From Acidimicrobiia bacterium (GTDB lineage: Bacteria; Actinomycetota; Acidimicrobiia; IMCC26256; JACDBD01), in contig JBOGFI010000037.1 of the NCBI GenBank assembly GCA_050743365.1, forward strand, positions 1-49,570: a stretch of DNA of 49,570 nt, in the 5' to 3' direction. Within the stretch, counting starts at the first letter, position 1. The number at the start of each line of letters is the position of its first letter. The position numbers and the translations under genes are program-made. Under the pieces are notes generated by a model. That model worked only from the letters and a program-made list of their open reading frames with translations, did not search any database and was not told where the DNA came from. Positions 42,126-49,570 of the stretch are shown here, piece after piece.

Positions 42126-42178
42126 CGCGGTTCCTTCCGTTCGGCCCGTCGGTAGGGCCCGTCGGTAGGCTCGGATCC

Positions 42179-42685
42179 ATGACCGAGCACGAGCGCGCGT
42201 TCGGACGCTACTTCGAGGACTTCGAGCCCGGCGACCTGTACCGGCACTGGCCGGGCAAGACCATCACCGAGTACGACGACCACCTGTTCTGCATGATCAC
42301 CATGAACCACCATCCGCTCCACACCGACGCGTGGTTCGCCGAGACCCAGACCCAGTTCGGCAAGAACGTGGTGGTCGGCAACCTCGTGTACTCGGTCGTC
42401 CTGGGCATGAGCGTGCCCGACGTGAGCGGCGTGGCCATCGCCAACCTCGAGGTCGAGAGGCTCGAGCACAAGATGCCGACGTTCCACGGCGACACCATCT
42501 ATGCCGAGACGAAGGTCCTCGACAAGAAGGAGTCGTCGAGCAAGCCCGACCGCGGAGTCGTGGGCGTCGAGACGCGCGGCTTCAACCAGCGCGGCGAGGA
42601 GGTGTGCTACTTCCGCCGCAAGGTGATGGTCCCCAAGCGCGAGGCGGCCAAGCCCCGGCAGCGGCCGTACACGTCCCCGGAGTAG
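42179..42685 (+). CDS. MaoC-family dehydratase (enoyl-CoA hydratase 2-like)
   Basis: FEDFEPGDLYRHWPGKTITEYDDHLFCMITMNHHPLHTD...GNLVYSVVLGMSV...FHGDTIYAETKVLD. Confidence 0.9.
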   Translation: MTEHERAFGRYFEDFEPGDLYRHWPGKTITEYDDHLFCMITMNHHPLHTDAWFAETQTQFGKNVVVGNLVYSVVLGMSVPDVSGVAIANLEVERLEHKMPTFHGDTIYAETKVLDKKESSSKPDRGVVGVETRGFNQRGEEVCYFRRKVMVPKREAAKPRQRPYTSPE

Positions 42686-42693
42686 CGCGCCCG

Positions 42694-43116
42694 GTGGCCG
42701 GTGCGGGCGAGTGCAGGTTCTGCGCCATCGTCGCCGGTGAGCTCGACGCCTGCGTCGTGCACGACACCGAGGACGTGGTCGCCTTCCTCGATCACCGGCC
42801 CGTGTTCCACGGTCACACGCTCGTCGTGCCTCGCGACCACGTCGACACGCTGCTCGACCTCCCGGCGGGGCTGGTGGAGCCGTTCTTCACCGAGGTCCAA
42901 CGGGTCGCCGCCGCCGTCACCGCGGCGATGGACGCCGAAGGCACGTTCGTCGCCATGAACAACGTGGTGAGCCAGAGCGTCCCCCACTTCCACGCCCACG
43001 TGGTGCCCCGGCGGCGCAAGGACGGGCTGCGCGGCTTCTTCTGGCCCCGCCACAAGTACGGGGGCGACGACGAGATGGCCGAGGTGGCGGAGCGGATCCG
43101 GCGCGCCCTGGTTTGA
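42694..43116 (+). CDS. HIT (histidine triad) family protein
   Basis: From the GTG at 42694: VAGAGECRFCAIVAGELDACVVHDTEDVVAFLDHRPVFHGHTLVVPRDH...VPHFHAHVVPR (HxHxHxx motif). Confidence 0.9.
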   Translation: MAGAGECRFCAIVAGELDACVVHDTEDVVAFLDHRPVFHGHTLVVPRDHVDTLLDLPAGLVEPFFTEVQRVAAAVTAAMDAEGTFVAMNNVVSQSVPHFHAHVVPRRRKDGLRGFFWPRHKYGGDDEMAEVAERIRRALV

Positions 43117-43138
43117 CAGGTCATGTAATATTGTAATT
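43113..43138 (+). promoter_or_regulatory. AT-rich control region with TTGACA, TAATAT and a tandem TGTAAT direct repeat
   Basis: Sequence is ttgacaggtcatgtaatattgtaatt. TTGACA overlaps the HIT stop. TGTAAT lies at 43124..43129 and 43132..43137 (8-nt period). TAATAT ends 7 nt before ATG 43139. Confidence 0.4.
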
Positions 43139-43663
43139 ATGAAAGAGGCATCGAGCAAGACCCGGGGATGGTTCGCCGGCCGCCTCCCCGACGGCTGGTT
43201 CACCGGTGCCCCCGAGGTGTCGTACGACCGTGAGGAGATCCTCGTCGTGGGGGCGCTGGCCGAGCCCGAGCTGGGCGACGACACCGACGACGCCGCCCGC
43301 GCCGCGGCACGGCGGGCGCGCGTCGAGGGATTCCGTGAGGACACTCGGGCGCAGCGAATCCGCATCGCCGCCGACGCCGAGCACAAGTTCGGCCGCAAGG
43401 TGGCCTGGGGCGCCGAGTGCGGCGGCGAGCGGGTGGTGTTCACCAGCCTGAGCGTTCCGGTGATGACCCGGCTGCGGATGGCGGAGCGTGGTGTCCTCGA
43501 CACCCTGGTGGAGGCCAACGTCGCCCGCAGCCGCAGCGAGGCGTTGGCCTGGTGCGTCCGCCTCGTGCGCGACCACGAGGCCGACTGGATCCAGCAGCTG
43601 CGAGACGCGCTCGCCCACGTCGACGAGGCGCGCGCCGACGGGCCCGACCCGTCCGGCGGGTGA
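43139..43663 (+). CDS. Conserved hypothetical protein with a C-terminal ribbon-helix-helix-like segment
   Basis: MKEASSKTRGWFAGRLPDGWFTGAPEVSYDREEILVVG...SVPVMTRLRMAERGVLDTLVEANVARSRSEALAWCVRLV (a CopG/RHH-like pattern). Confidence 0.7.
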   Translation: MKEASSKTRGWFAGRLPDGWFTGAPEVSYDREEILVVGALAEPELGDDTDDAARAAARRARVEGFREDTRAQRIRIAADAEHKFGRKVAWGAECGGERVVFTSLSVPVMTRLRMAERGVLDTLVEANVARSRSEALAWCVRLVRDHEADWIQQLRDALAHVDEARADGPDPSGG

Positions 43664-43680
43664 CCAGCGCGCCTGCTCGC

Positions 43681-43716
43681 TAGGAAGGCCTGCTGCCGAG
43701 CGAGTGCGACCAGGAG
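43681..43716 (+). repeat. Interspersed intergenic repeat, short copy C
   Basis: Sequence is taggaaggcctgc + tgccgagcgagtgcgaccaggagt. These are the 5' 13-mer and the 3' module of copy A joined directly. It abuts the protease stop codon at 43717. Confidence 0.7.
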
Positions 43717-44559
43717 TTAGAGCCGCGGCGCGGTCTGGAGGGTCAGGGCCAGGCCGAGGACCTGCTCGGCCCGGGCCTCCTGGGGCCCGAGACGCGTGAT
43801 CCCCATGACCCCGGCGTCGACCCCGCCGGTGCCGATCGAGCTCGTGTGGACGCCGACGGTGACGATCACGCCCACCGCCCGGCCATCGTCGGAGACGATG
43901 CCGCTGCCCGAGTCGCCCGGCACCACGACGCCCTGCGCGAACACGTGGTCCGGATCGGGCATCCCGGCGGCCACCGCGCTGCGGGCGGGGACGACGGTCC
44001 CGACGCCGACGCCGTTGCCATAGTGCTGGAGCACCACCGGCGACGACGGCGTGTCGGCGTTCGTGCCCGTCGGCCCGCCGAAGTGGCACATCTGCGGGCT
44101 CGCGGGGACGCCGGGGTCGAGACGGATGAGCGCGAAGTCCTTGGGGTCCTGGAGGATGGCGTAGGCGAACTCGCCGATCCGCTGGTTCTGGCCGTCGCGA
44201 GCCACGGGGCCGGCGCCGGGTGCCCACGCCTGCTCGCCGGCGTCGCCGCCGATGGCGCTGTCACCGAGGATGCAGTGGCCGGCGGTCCCGATGTAGGCGC
44301 GGCCGTCCGAGCCCTGGAAGAGGAAGTTGAACGTGCATTGTCCCTTGTCGCTGCGGACGATCGCCCCTGGGCGGACGCCGGGGCAGGTGCCCGTGCCCAC
44401 GGGGGCCGCCGTCGGCACCGGGATCAGCCGGCACGGCTCACCGCCCAGCGTCCAGTTGGCGGTTTCGGTGGCGGTGCTGACGACTCCGCCGACGCAGGCC
44501 GGGAGCACGGCGAGCGCAGCCGCGCCGGCGACGAGCGTGACCCACCGGCGGAACCTCAT
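43717..44559 (-). CDS. Secreted trypsin-like (S1 family) serine protease
   Basis: Internal ATG: MRFRRWVTLVAGAAALAVLPACVGG (signal peptide, possible lipobox). Catalytic residues are TAGHC (His), FALIRLD (Asp) and PGDSGSG (Ser). Confidence 0.85.
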   Translation of the reverse strand: MRFRRWVTLVAGAAALAVLPACVGGVVSTATETANWTLGGEPCRLIPVPTAAPVGTGTCPGVRPGAIVRSDKGQCTFNFLFQGSDGRAYIGTAGHCILGDSAIGGDAGEQAWAPGAGPVARDGQNQRIGEFAYAILQDPKDFALIRLDPGVPASPQMCHFGGPTGTNADTPSSPVVLQHYGNGVGVGTVVPARSAVAAGMPDPDHVFAQGVVVPGDSGSGIVSDDGRAVGVIVTVGVHTSSIGTGGVDAGVMGITRLGPQEARAEQVLGLALTLQTAPRL

Positions 44560-44681
44560 CGGAGCGGCGCCGTCTCTGTGGGCGTACGAGGCATAAATAC
44601 CGCTTGTACCTTCCCCGCAGCGACGCCCGCCAAACCCCTCAGCGCGCGAAATCGGCAACCGGCCGGCCACCGAGGGCGGTC

Positions 44682-45590
44682 TTAGGGTCGGGCGGCTGGA
44701 GCGGGCGCGGCCGGGCCCAGGAAGGTGAGGATGCGTTCGTTCACCTCGTCGGGCCGCTCCAGATGGAGGAAGTGGCCGGCGCCGGGTACCAGCTCGACCT
44801 CGAGGCCGGCGGGGAAGAACGGGCGGAGCTCGCCGTCGACGACGCCCTCGACGCCGAGGCAGCCGTCGTCGGTGCCGTGGAGGTACAGCGTCGGGACCGG
44901 GATCTCGCCTCCGCCCTGGGCCTGGACCTCGGCCAGCGCGGGGTCGGGCGGGGTGGTGCCGAAGGTGGCCCGGTAGTAGCCGATGGCGGCGTCGAGGCAG
45001 CCCGGAGCCGAGAACGTGTCCTTGAGCGCGCGCATGAAGCCAGGATCGGGCGTGTACCCGGGGGACCAGTCGCGCCACAGCGTGTCGATGACTGCGTAGT
45101 CGTCGAGCGGCACGGCGATGTCGGCCAGGGGGAGTTGGAAGAAGAAGACGTACCAGGAGCGCTTCAGCTGTGCCGGCTTCACCAGGTGCGCGCCGAATCC
45201 ACTGAAGTGGGGTACGGCGAGAGCCACGAGCTTGCGGAACCGCTCCGGCGCGTGGGCGCAGGCCACGTATGCGGCGGTCGCCCCCCAGTCGTGCCCGATC
45301 ACGACCGCGTCGCGGTCGGCCGCGAACGCGTCGGCCAGCGCGATCGCGTCAAGGCCCAGCGACGCGATCTGGTAGTTGCCGTCGGGCGCGAGGGCCGTCG
45401 GGGCGTATCCGCGCGTCCAAGGCGCCACCGCGTGGTAGCCCGCCGCCGCGAGCGCGGCGAGCATGGGCTCGAAGGAGGGCGCGTGGTCGGGGAAACCGTG
45501 CAGGCACAGCGCCAAGGGCCCGTCGGCGGGTCCGTCCTCGAGGTACGCGAAGTCGACGCCGTTGGCGGTGACCCGCTGCGGCTCGGTCAC
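44682..45590 (-). CDS. Alpha/beta hydrolase (epoxide hydrolase-like)
   Basis: The GTG overlaps the permease stop (GTGA). Sequence: LCLHGFPDHAPSFEPM...VIGHDWGATAAY (nucleophile Asp/Ser elbow)...PGAGHFLHLERPDEV. Confidence 0.85.
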   Translation of the reverse strand: MTEPQRVTANGVDFAYLEDGPADGPLALCLHGFPDHAPSFEPMLAALAAAGYHAVAPWTRGYAPTALAPDGNYQIASLGLDAIALADAFAADRDAVVIGHDWGATAAYVACAHAPERFRKLVALAVPHFSGFGAHLVKPAQLKRSWYVFFFQLPLADIAVPLDDYAVIDTLWRDWSPGYTPDPGFMRALKDTFSAPGCLDAAIGYYRATFGTTPPDPALAEVQAQGGGEIPVPTLYLHGTDDGCLGVEGVVDGELRPFFPAGLEVELVPGAGHFLHLERPDEVNERILTFLGPAAPAPAARP

Positions 45591-46432
45591 GCCAGCACCC
45601 GCCGCTTGAAGCCGACGATGCCGAGGCGGCCGAGCACGGCGGTGAACCCGACCAGCGCGCCGTAGATCCCCCAGGCGTTCATGTGGGGGATGTCGGTGAG
45701 GGCCATCCGGAAGCCCTCGCTGAGGTAGATGAGCGGGTTCACGAGCACCGCCCACTTGAGCCACTCGATGGCGTCGAGACGCTCCCACGGGTAGTAGGCG
45801 GCGCCCAGCATCGTCATCGGGATGACGATGATGCCGAACACCAGCGGCACCTGGCCCGGCTCGGCCCGGGTGCCGATGGCGAGGCCGAGCGCGCCCGCCA
45901 GCAGGCACGACAGCGGCCCGACGGTGAGCAGCACGGGCCAGTTGAGGTCGACGTTCACCGGTGTGCTCGGGATCCACAGCGCGAACGGCACGACGATGAG
46001 CGCCGCCAGGCCCGACTGGACGGCCCCCGACACGATCTTGCCGACACCGACGGCCCACACCGGCAGCGGCGCCATCACCCGGTCCTCGATCTCGCGCGTG
46101 TAGCCGAACTCGCTCACCAGCGGGAGCGCGACGGCCTGAATGCCCTGGAAGACCACGGCCACGCCGATCAGCCCGGGCATGAGCGACGTGGAGAACGACG
46201 TGGCGCCGGCACCCGAGCCCCCCACTCCCTGGCCGATCTCCGGGAACACGTAGGCGAACACGAACACGATGAGGAGCGGCTGGGTGACCGTGCGCATGAG
46301 GAAGGCCACCGCGGTCTTGCGGAGCACCTGCACGTCGCGCAGCAGGAGGGCGCCGAACGCGACGATCGCGGCGGTCCGCTTCGGCGTGAGCCGGTCGAGC
46401 GTGGCGTCGAGGCGGGTGGTGACGGTGGTCAT
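45587..46432 (-). CDS. ABC-2 type transporter permease
   Basis: Internal ATG: MTTVTTRLDATLDRL... It is a six-TM hydrophobic protein, and the ATG overlaps the ATPase stop (ATGA). Confidence 0.85.
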   Translation of the reverse strand: MTTVTTRLDATLDRLTPKRTAAIVAFGALLLRDVQVLRKTAVAFLMRTVTQPLLIVFVFAYVFPEIGQGVGGSGAGATSFSTSLMPGLIGVAVVFQGIQAVALPLVSEFGYTREIEDRVMAPLPVWAVGVGKIVSGAVQSGLAALIVVPFALWIPSTPVNVDLNWPVLLTVGPLSCLLAGALGLAIGTRAEPGQVPLVFGIIVIPMTMLGAAYYPWERLDAIEWLKWAVLVNPLIYLSEGFRMALTDIPHMNAWGIYGALVGFTAVLGRLGIVGFKRRVLA

Positions 46433-47430
46433 TCGCGCAGGTCCTTCCCCGTCAGGGTGATGAACACGGTCTCGAGCGTGGGTTCGGTGATACCGACGTC
46501 GGTGATCCCGAACCCGGCGTCGTCGACGTCGGCGATGAGCCGAGAGAGGCCGCCGTGGTCGCCGCGCAGGTAGACGTGCACGACGTCGTCGGTCACCTGT
46601 GCGTTGGCCACGCCGTCGAGGGCCTCGAGGTGGGCCGCCAGCTGCGCCGCCCGGCCGTCCTCGAGCTGGATGCGCACCTCGGTGTCGGCGCCGACCGACC
46701 GCTTGAGGGCCGCGGCCGTGTCGAGGGCGAGGATGCGGCCGTGGTCCATGATCGCCACCCGGTCGCAGAGCTGGTCGGCCTCCTCCATGTAGTGCGTGGT
46801 CAGCAGGATGGTCTGGCCCGCGCGATGCAGCTCGCCGATCACCTCCCACAGCGCGATGCGGCTCTGGGGGTCGAACCCGGCGGTGGGCTCGTCGAGGAAC
46901 AGCAGCTGGGGCCGGTGGAGGATGGCCCGAGCCACCATGAGCCGTTGTGCCATCCCGCCCGACAGCTCGAGGATCTCGGCCTTCGCCCGGTCGGCCAGGC
47001 GGAAGCGCTCGAGCATGTCGTCGGCGGCGTCGCGCGCTGCCCGTGCGCCCATCCCGAAGTAGCGGCCGTGGTAGTAGAGGTTCTCCCAGACGTTGAGGCT
47101 GCGGTCGAGCGTGCTGACCTGGGGCACGACGCCGATCATCTGCTTGGCGGCCACCGGGTCGGCCACCACGTCGACGCCACCCACCCACGCCCGACCGCTC
47201 GTCGGGACCACCCGGGTCGTGAGCATCCCCACGGTGGTGGTCTTGCCGGCCCCGTTGGGTCCGAGGAGCCCGAAGATCTCGCCGTTGCGCACCCCGAGGT
47301 CGAGGTGGTCGACGGCCGTGATCGCGGCGCCGGCCTTCGACGCGAACACCTTCGTGAGCGCCGAGGTGCGGATCACGTCGTCGGGCGTGTGCGCCGTGCC
47401 ACTGGCCGTGGTCTCGGCCTTGGTTTCCAT
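46429..47430 (-). CDS. ABC transporter ATP-binding protein (DrrA-like)
   Basis: Internal ATG, METKAETT... Then GLLGPNGAGKTTT (Walker A), LSGGMAQRLMVARAIL (signature) and LLFLDEPTAGFD (Walker B). Confidence 0.9.
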   Translation of the reverse strand: METKAETTASGTAHTPDDVIRTSALTKVFASKAGAAITAVDHLDLGVRNGEIFGLLGPNGAGKTTTVGMLTTRVVPTSGRAWVGGVDVVADPVAAKQMIGVVPQVSTLDRSLNVWENLYYHGRYFGMGARAARDAADDMLERFRLADRAKAEILELSGGMAQRLMVARAILHRPQLLFLDEPTAGFDPQSRIALWEVIGELHRAGQTILLTTHYMEEADQLCDRVAIMDHGRILALDTAAALKRSVGADTEVRIQLEDGRAAQLAAHLEALDGVANAQVTDDVVHVYLRGDHGGLSRLIADVDDAGFGITDVGITEPTLETVFITLTGKDLRE

Positions 47431-47541
47431 GGTCCTCCGGCCCCCGTGGACCGCCCAGGATCGCACACGCCCGGGCGCGCGACCGCTTCCACCAGGCAGG
47501 ACGCGGTTTATCCCGGGGCCGGATGTCGGTATCCTCCAGGT

Positions 47542-48456
47542 GTGGTGCCCGGGGGGACACGCGTTCGCTTCCATGGCACTCGGGGCTCGACCCCCTGTGC
47601 CGGCGCCCGCTACGAGCGATACGGCGGCAACACCTCGTGCGTCTCGTTCGAGGCCGACGGCCATCCGCCCGTGATCTTCGACATGGGCACGGGCCTGCGC
47701 CCGTACGGCGAGGAGCTCGTCGGCTTCGCCACCAGCGGTCCCGAAGGACGCAGCCACCCGCCCTTCGGCCCGTTCCACGGCGCGGTCCTCCTCACTCACC
47801 TCCACTGGGACCACATCCAGGGGCTGCCGTTCTTCGGCCCGCTCGGCGACCCCGACGCCACGCTCGACGTGTACGGCCCCCGCCAGGAGGAAGGTCCGCT
47901 CGCGGACGTCTTCACCGGCGTGATGCGCCCGCCGTACTTCCCGATCCGCCCCGACCAGATCGGGGGGGCGGTCCGATTCCACGACAGCGCCCACGACGAC
48001 TTTGCCGTCAACGGAGCCAAAGTGCGCTCCCGCTGGGTGCGCCACACGAGCCCCACGCTCGGCTTCCGCGCCGAGGTCGAGGGCGTCACCGTCGCCTACC
48101 TCTCCGACCACGGCCCGGGGTGCGTCGGCGATCCCGACGACTTCGTGCCCACCGACGTGCTCGACCTGTGCGACTCCGCCGATCTCGTCATCCACGACTC
48201 GCAGCACACCTCCAAGGAGTACGAGGCGAAGCGTCACTACGGGCACTGCACCGTGGACTACGCCGTGCACGTCGCCCGGGAGGCCGGGGCTCGCCGGCTG
48301 GCGCTGTTCCACCACTGCCCGACGCATTCCGACGGTGACGTCGACCTCATGCTCCTGCACGCCCGCGAGCTGTGTGCTCGCGCCTCGGGCAGCCTCGACG
48401 TCTTCGCTGCTGCCGAGGGCCTGACCGTCGACCTGCACCAGCCGCTCGCCCGTTGA
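47542..48456 (+). CDS. MBL-fold metallo-hydrolase
   Basis: From the GTG at 47542: VVPGGTRVRFHGTRGSTPC...GGNTSCV...LLTHLHWDHIQGLPFF (HxHxDH)...FHHCPTHSD. The upstream part of tracked ORF 46555..48456 is a shadow frame. Confidence 0.8.
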   Translation: MVPGGTRVRFHGTRGSTPCAGARYERYGGNTSCVSFEADGHPPVIFDMGTGLRPYGEELVGFATSGPEGRSHPPFGPFHGAVLLTHLHWDHIQGLPFFGPLGDPDATLDVYGPRQEEGPLADVFTGVMRPPYFPIRPDQIGGAVRFHDSAHDDFAVNGAKVRSRWVRHTSPTLGFRAEVEGVTVAYLSDHGPGCVGDPDDFVPTDVLDLCDSADLVIHDSQHTSKEYEAKRHYGHCTVDYAVHVAREAGARRLALFHHCPTHSDGDVDLMLLHARELCARASGSLDVFAAAEGLTVDLHQPLAR

Positions 48457-48482
48457 GCGAATCCGAGAGCGCCGAAGCGCTC

Positions 48483-48959
48483 ATGACGCCCGACGAGGCG
48501 TCCTTTCGCACGGTCCTCGGGCACTTCGCCACCGGCGTCACGATCATCACCGCCATGGACGGCAACGAGCCCGTCGGGATCTCCGCGAACTCGTTCACCT
48601 CGGTCTCGCTCGACCCTCCGCTGGTGCTGTTCTGCGCGGCGAAGGACTCCACCACCTGGCCGCGCATCAAGGCGGCCGGGAAGTTCACGGTCAACGTCCT
48701 CAACGAGCACCAGGAGGACGTGTCCCGGGTGTTCGCCACGAAGGGCGCCGACCGGTTCAGCCGCATCGGCTGGCGGGAGAGCAGCGCCGGGTCGCCGGTC
48801 CTCCACAACAGCCTCGCCTACATCGACTGCGAGATCGACGACGAGCACGACGCGGGCGACCACGTCATCGTGGTCGGCCGCGTGCTCGAGCTCGGCGTGC
48901 TCTCCGAAGACGGTCCGCTCCTCTTCTTCCGCGGCGGCTACGGCCGGATCGCCTCCTGA
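48483..48959 (+). CDS. Flavin reductase family protein
   Basis: MTPDEASFRTVLGHFATGVTIITAMDGNEPVGISANSFTSVSLDPPLVLFC...AGDHVIVVGRV. An alternative TTG at 48453 overlaps the upstream stop. Confidence 0.85.
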   Translation: MTPDEASFRTVLGHFATGVTIITAMDGNEPVGISANSFTSVSLDPPLVLFCAAKDSTTWPRIKAAGKFTVNVLNEHQEDVSRVFATKGADRFSRIGWRESSAGSPVLHNSLAYIDCEIDDEHDAGDHVIVVGRVLELGVLSEDGPLLFFRGGYGRIAS

Positions 48960-48971
48960 TCCGGCCGCGCT

Positions 48972-48990
48972 CGTCCGACGGCGGCGGACG
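48972..48990. terminator. GC hairpin between convergent genes (possible bidirectional terminator)
   Basis: cgtccg-acggcgg-cggacg (6-bp stem, 7-nt loop), midway between the stops at 48959 and 48993. There is no U tract. Confidence 0.3.
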
Positions 48991-48992
48991 CG

Positions 48993-49424
48993 TCACCGAT
49001 CGTGCCGGAGACGGCGGTGGAGCGCGGCCCCGGCCGAGATACCGGTCGCGCCGTCGAGCGCGGCCACTCCTGCCACCACGAGGGCGAGGACCCAGGCCAG
49101 GCCCTCGGTGCCCGCCAGGACGAGGAGCGACGCGCCCGCGAGCAGAGCCGCCTCGAGCAGCACGGCGAAGCGCCGAGGCGCCGCCGGCTCGACTCGGGTG
49201 CCGGCATCGAGTCGGGGCGCCAGCAGGGTGTGGAACACGATCTGGAGCGGAGCGGACCGGGACCCCACCAGCGCGCTGACGAGCAGCGCCGCCAGGCAAA
49301 CCGGGATCAGCAGCGCGGCGCCAAACACGAAGCCAGACAGGAGCACGACCGCGACGACCGCCTGCTCGAAGCGCGCCGGACGTGGATCGGTCGTGCGGGG
49401 CGGCGGGCTCCCCGTGGCGGGCAC
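48993..49424 (-). CDS. DUF4395-like membrane protein
   Basis: DPRPARFEQAVVAVVLLSGFVFG...LLIPVCLAALLVSALVG...EPAAPRRFAVLLEAALLAGASLLVLAG. The start is uncertain. The tracked ORF extends to 49529, and the GTG at 49424 was chosen. Confidence 0.6.
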   Translation of the reverse strand: MPATGSPPPRTTDPRPARFEQAVVAVVLLSGFVFGAALLIPVCLAALLVSALVGSRSAPLQIVFHTLLAPRLDAGTRVEPAAPRRFAVLLEAALLAGASLLVLAGTEGLAWVLALVVAGVAALDGATGISAGAALHRRLRHDR

Positions 49425-49570
49425 GGCGGCGACAGTACCGTCGGCACCGTGGCGCGGCCCCGGCACAGGACCGGCCCGCTGGCGGGCCGGGTGGTGGTCG
49501 TGAGCGCCGACGCGCTCGACGCGGCCCACGCACTCGCGCGCGAGGGCGCCGCGGTCGTGATCCTGGGCGG

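Noticed and set aside
41619-42155. 178-codon ORF starting at the GTG just after the second LexA box
   Set aside because: The product is R/P/G-rich. The ORF runs fully antisense through the well-supported ABM gene, and its GTG overlaps the presumed -10 element, so it cannot be the promoter's leaderless start.
49449-49570. Possible partial plus-strand CDS at the right window edge (VARPRHRTGPLAGRVVVVSADALDAAHALAREGAAVVILG..., vaguely SDR-like)
   Set aside because: Only about 40 codons are visible and there is no Gly-rich dinucleotide motif. It overlaps the possible N-terminus of the DUF4395-like gene, so the evidence is insufficient.
1-49570. Prophage, integrative element, IS element or defence island
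   Set aside because: No integrase, transposase, recombinase, restriction-modification, toxin-antitoxin or cas-like ORF is recognisable. The only mobile-DNA traces are the HNH fragment at 5060..5170 and the small islet at 32457..32827.

Overview
This is a very GC-rich, gene-dense chromosomal segment; third codon positions are almost all G/C. It looks like an Actinomycetota-type genome. That is an inference from TCGAAC-N4-GTTCGA LexA boxes, a three-gene Sdh1-type succinate dehydrogenase, F420-type LLM/PPOX enzymes and mycothiol/DinB-type enzymes. I call 56 protein-coding genes (the first is cut by the window edge), 2 decayed genes, 1 tRNA-like gene and several non-coding elements. Gene content is mostly core and redox metabolism: the sdh operon, a CBS-fused citrate synthase, two acyl-CoA dehydrogenases, MaoC/PaaI/CitE-like CoA enzymes, many small hydrolases and oxidoreductases, three transporters, selD and an NlpC/P60 wall hydrolase. 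I saw no rRNA, CRISPR array, transposase or integrase. Many long ORFs in the track are R/P/G/A-rich shadow frames of real genes and were discarded. The most interesting signals are non-coding. (1) At the exact middle of the window, a 228-nt leader upstream of the NlpC/P60 gene folds into four consecutive hairpins. Two present G-rich loops and two present C-rich loops. An internal 17-nt duplication makes the terminator arm a copy of the preceding hairpin, which looks like a riboswitch or attenuator. I could not match it to the c-di-AMP (ydaO) consensus. (2) There are two paralogous SOS modules: a perfect LexA box inside the 17-nt spacer of a TTGACA/TAGGGT-type promoter, followed by a conserved hairpin. 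One drives a compact leaderless 86-codon ORF in a low-GC3 islet; the other has no ORF. (3) A complete class-I-sized tRNA cloverleaf with anticodon UAA lies next to an HNH endonuclease remnant and a frameshifted gene. (4) A three-copy interspersed repeat exactly fills convergent gene gaps. All protein family calls come from reading motifs by eye; no database search or folding program was run.
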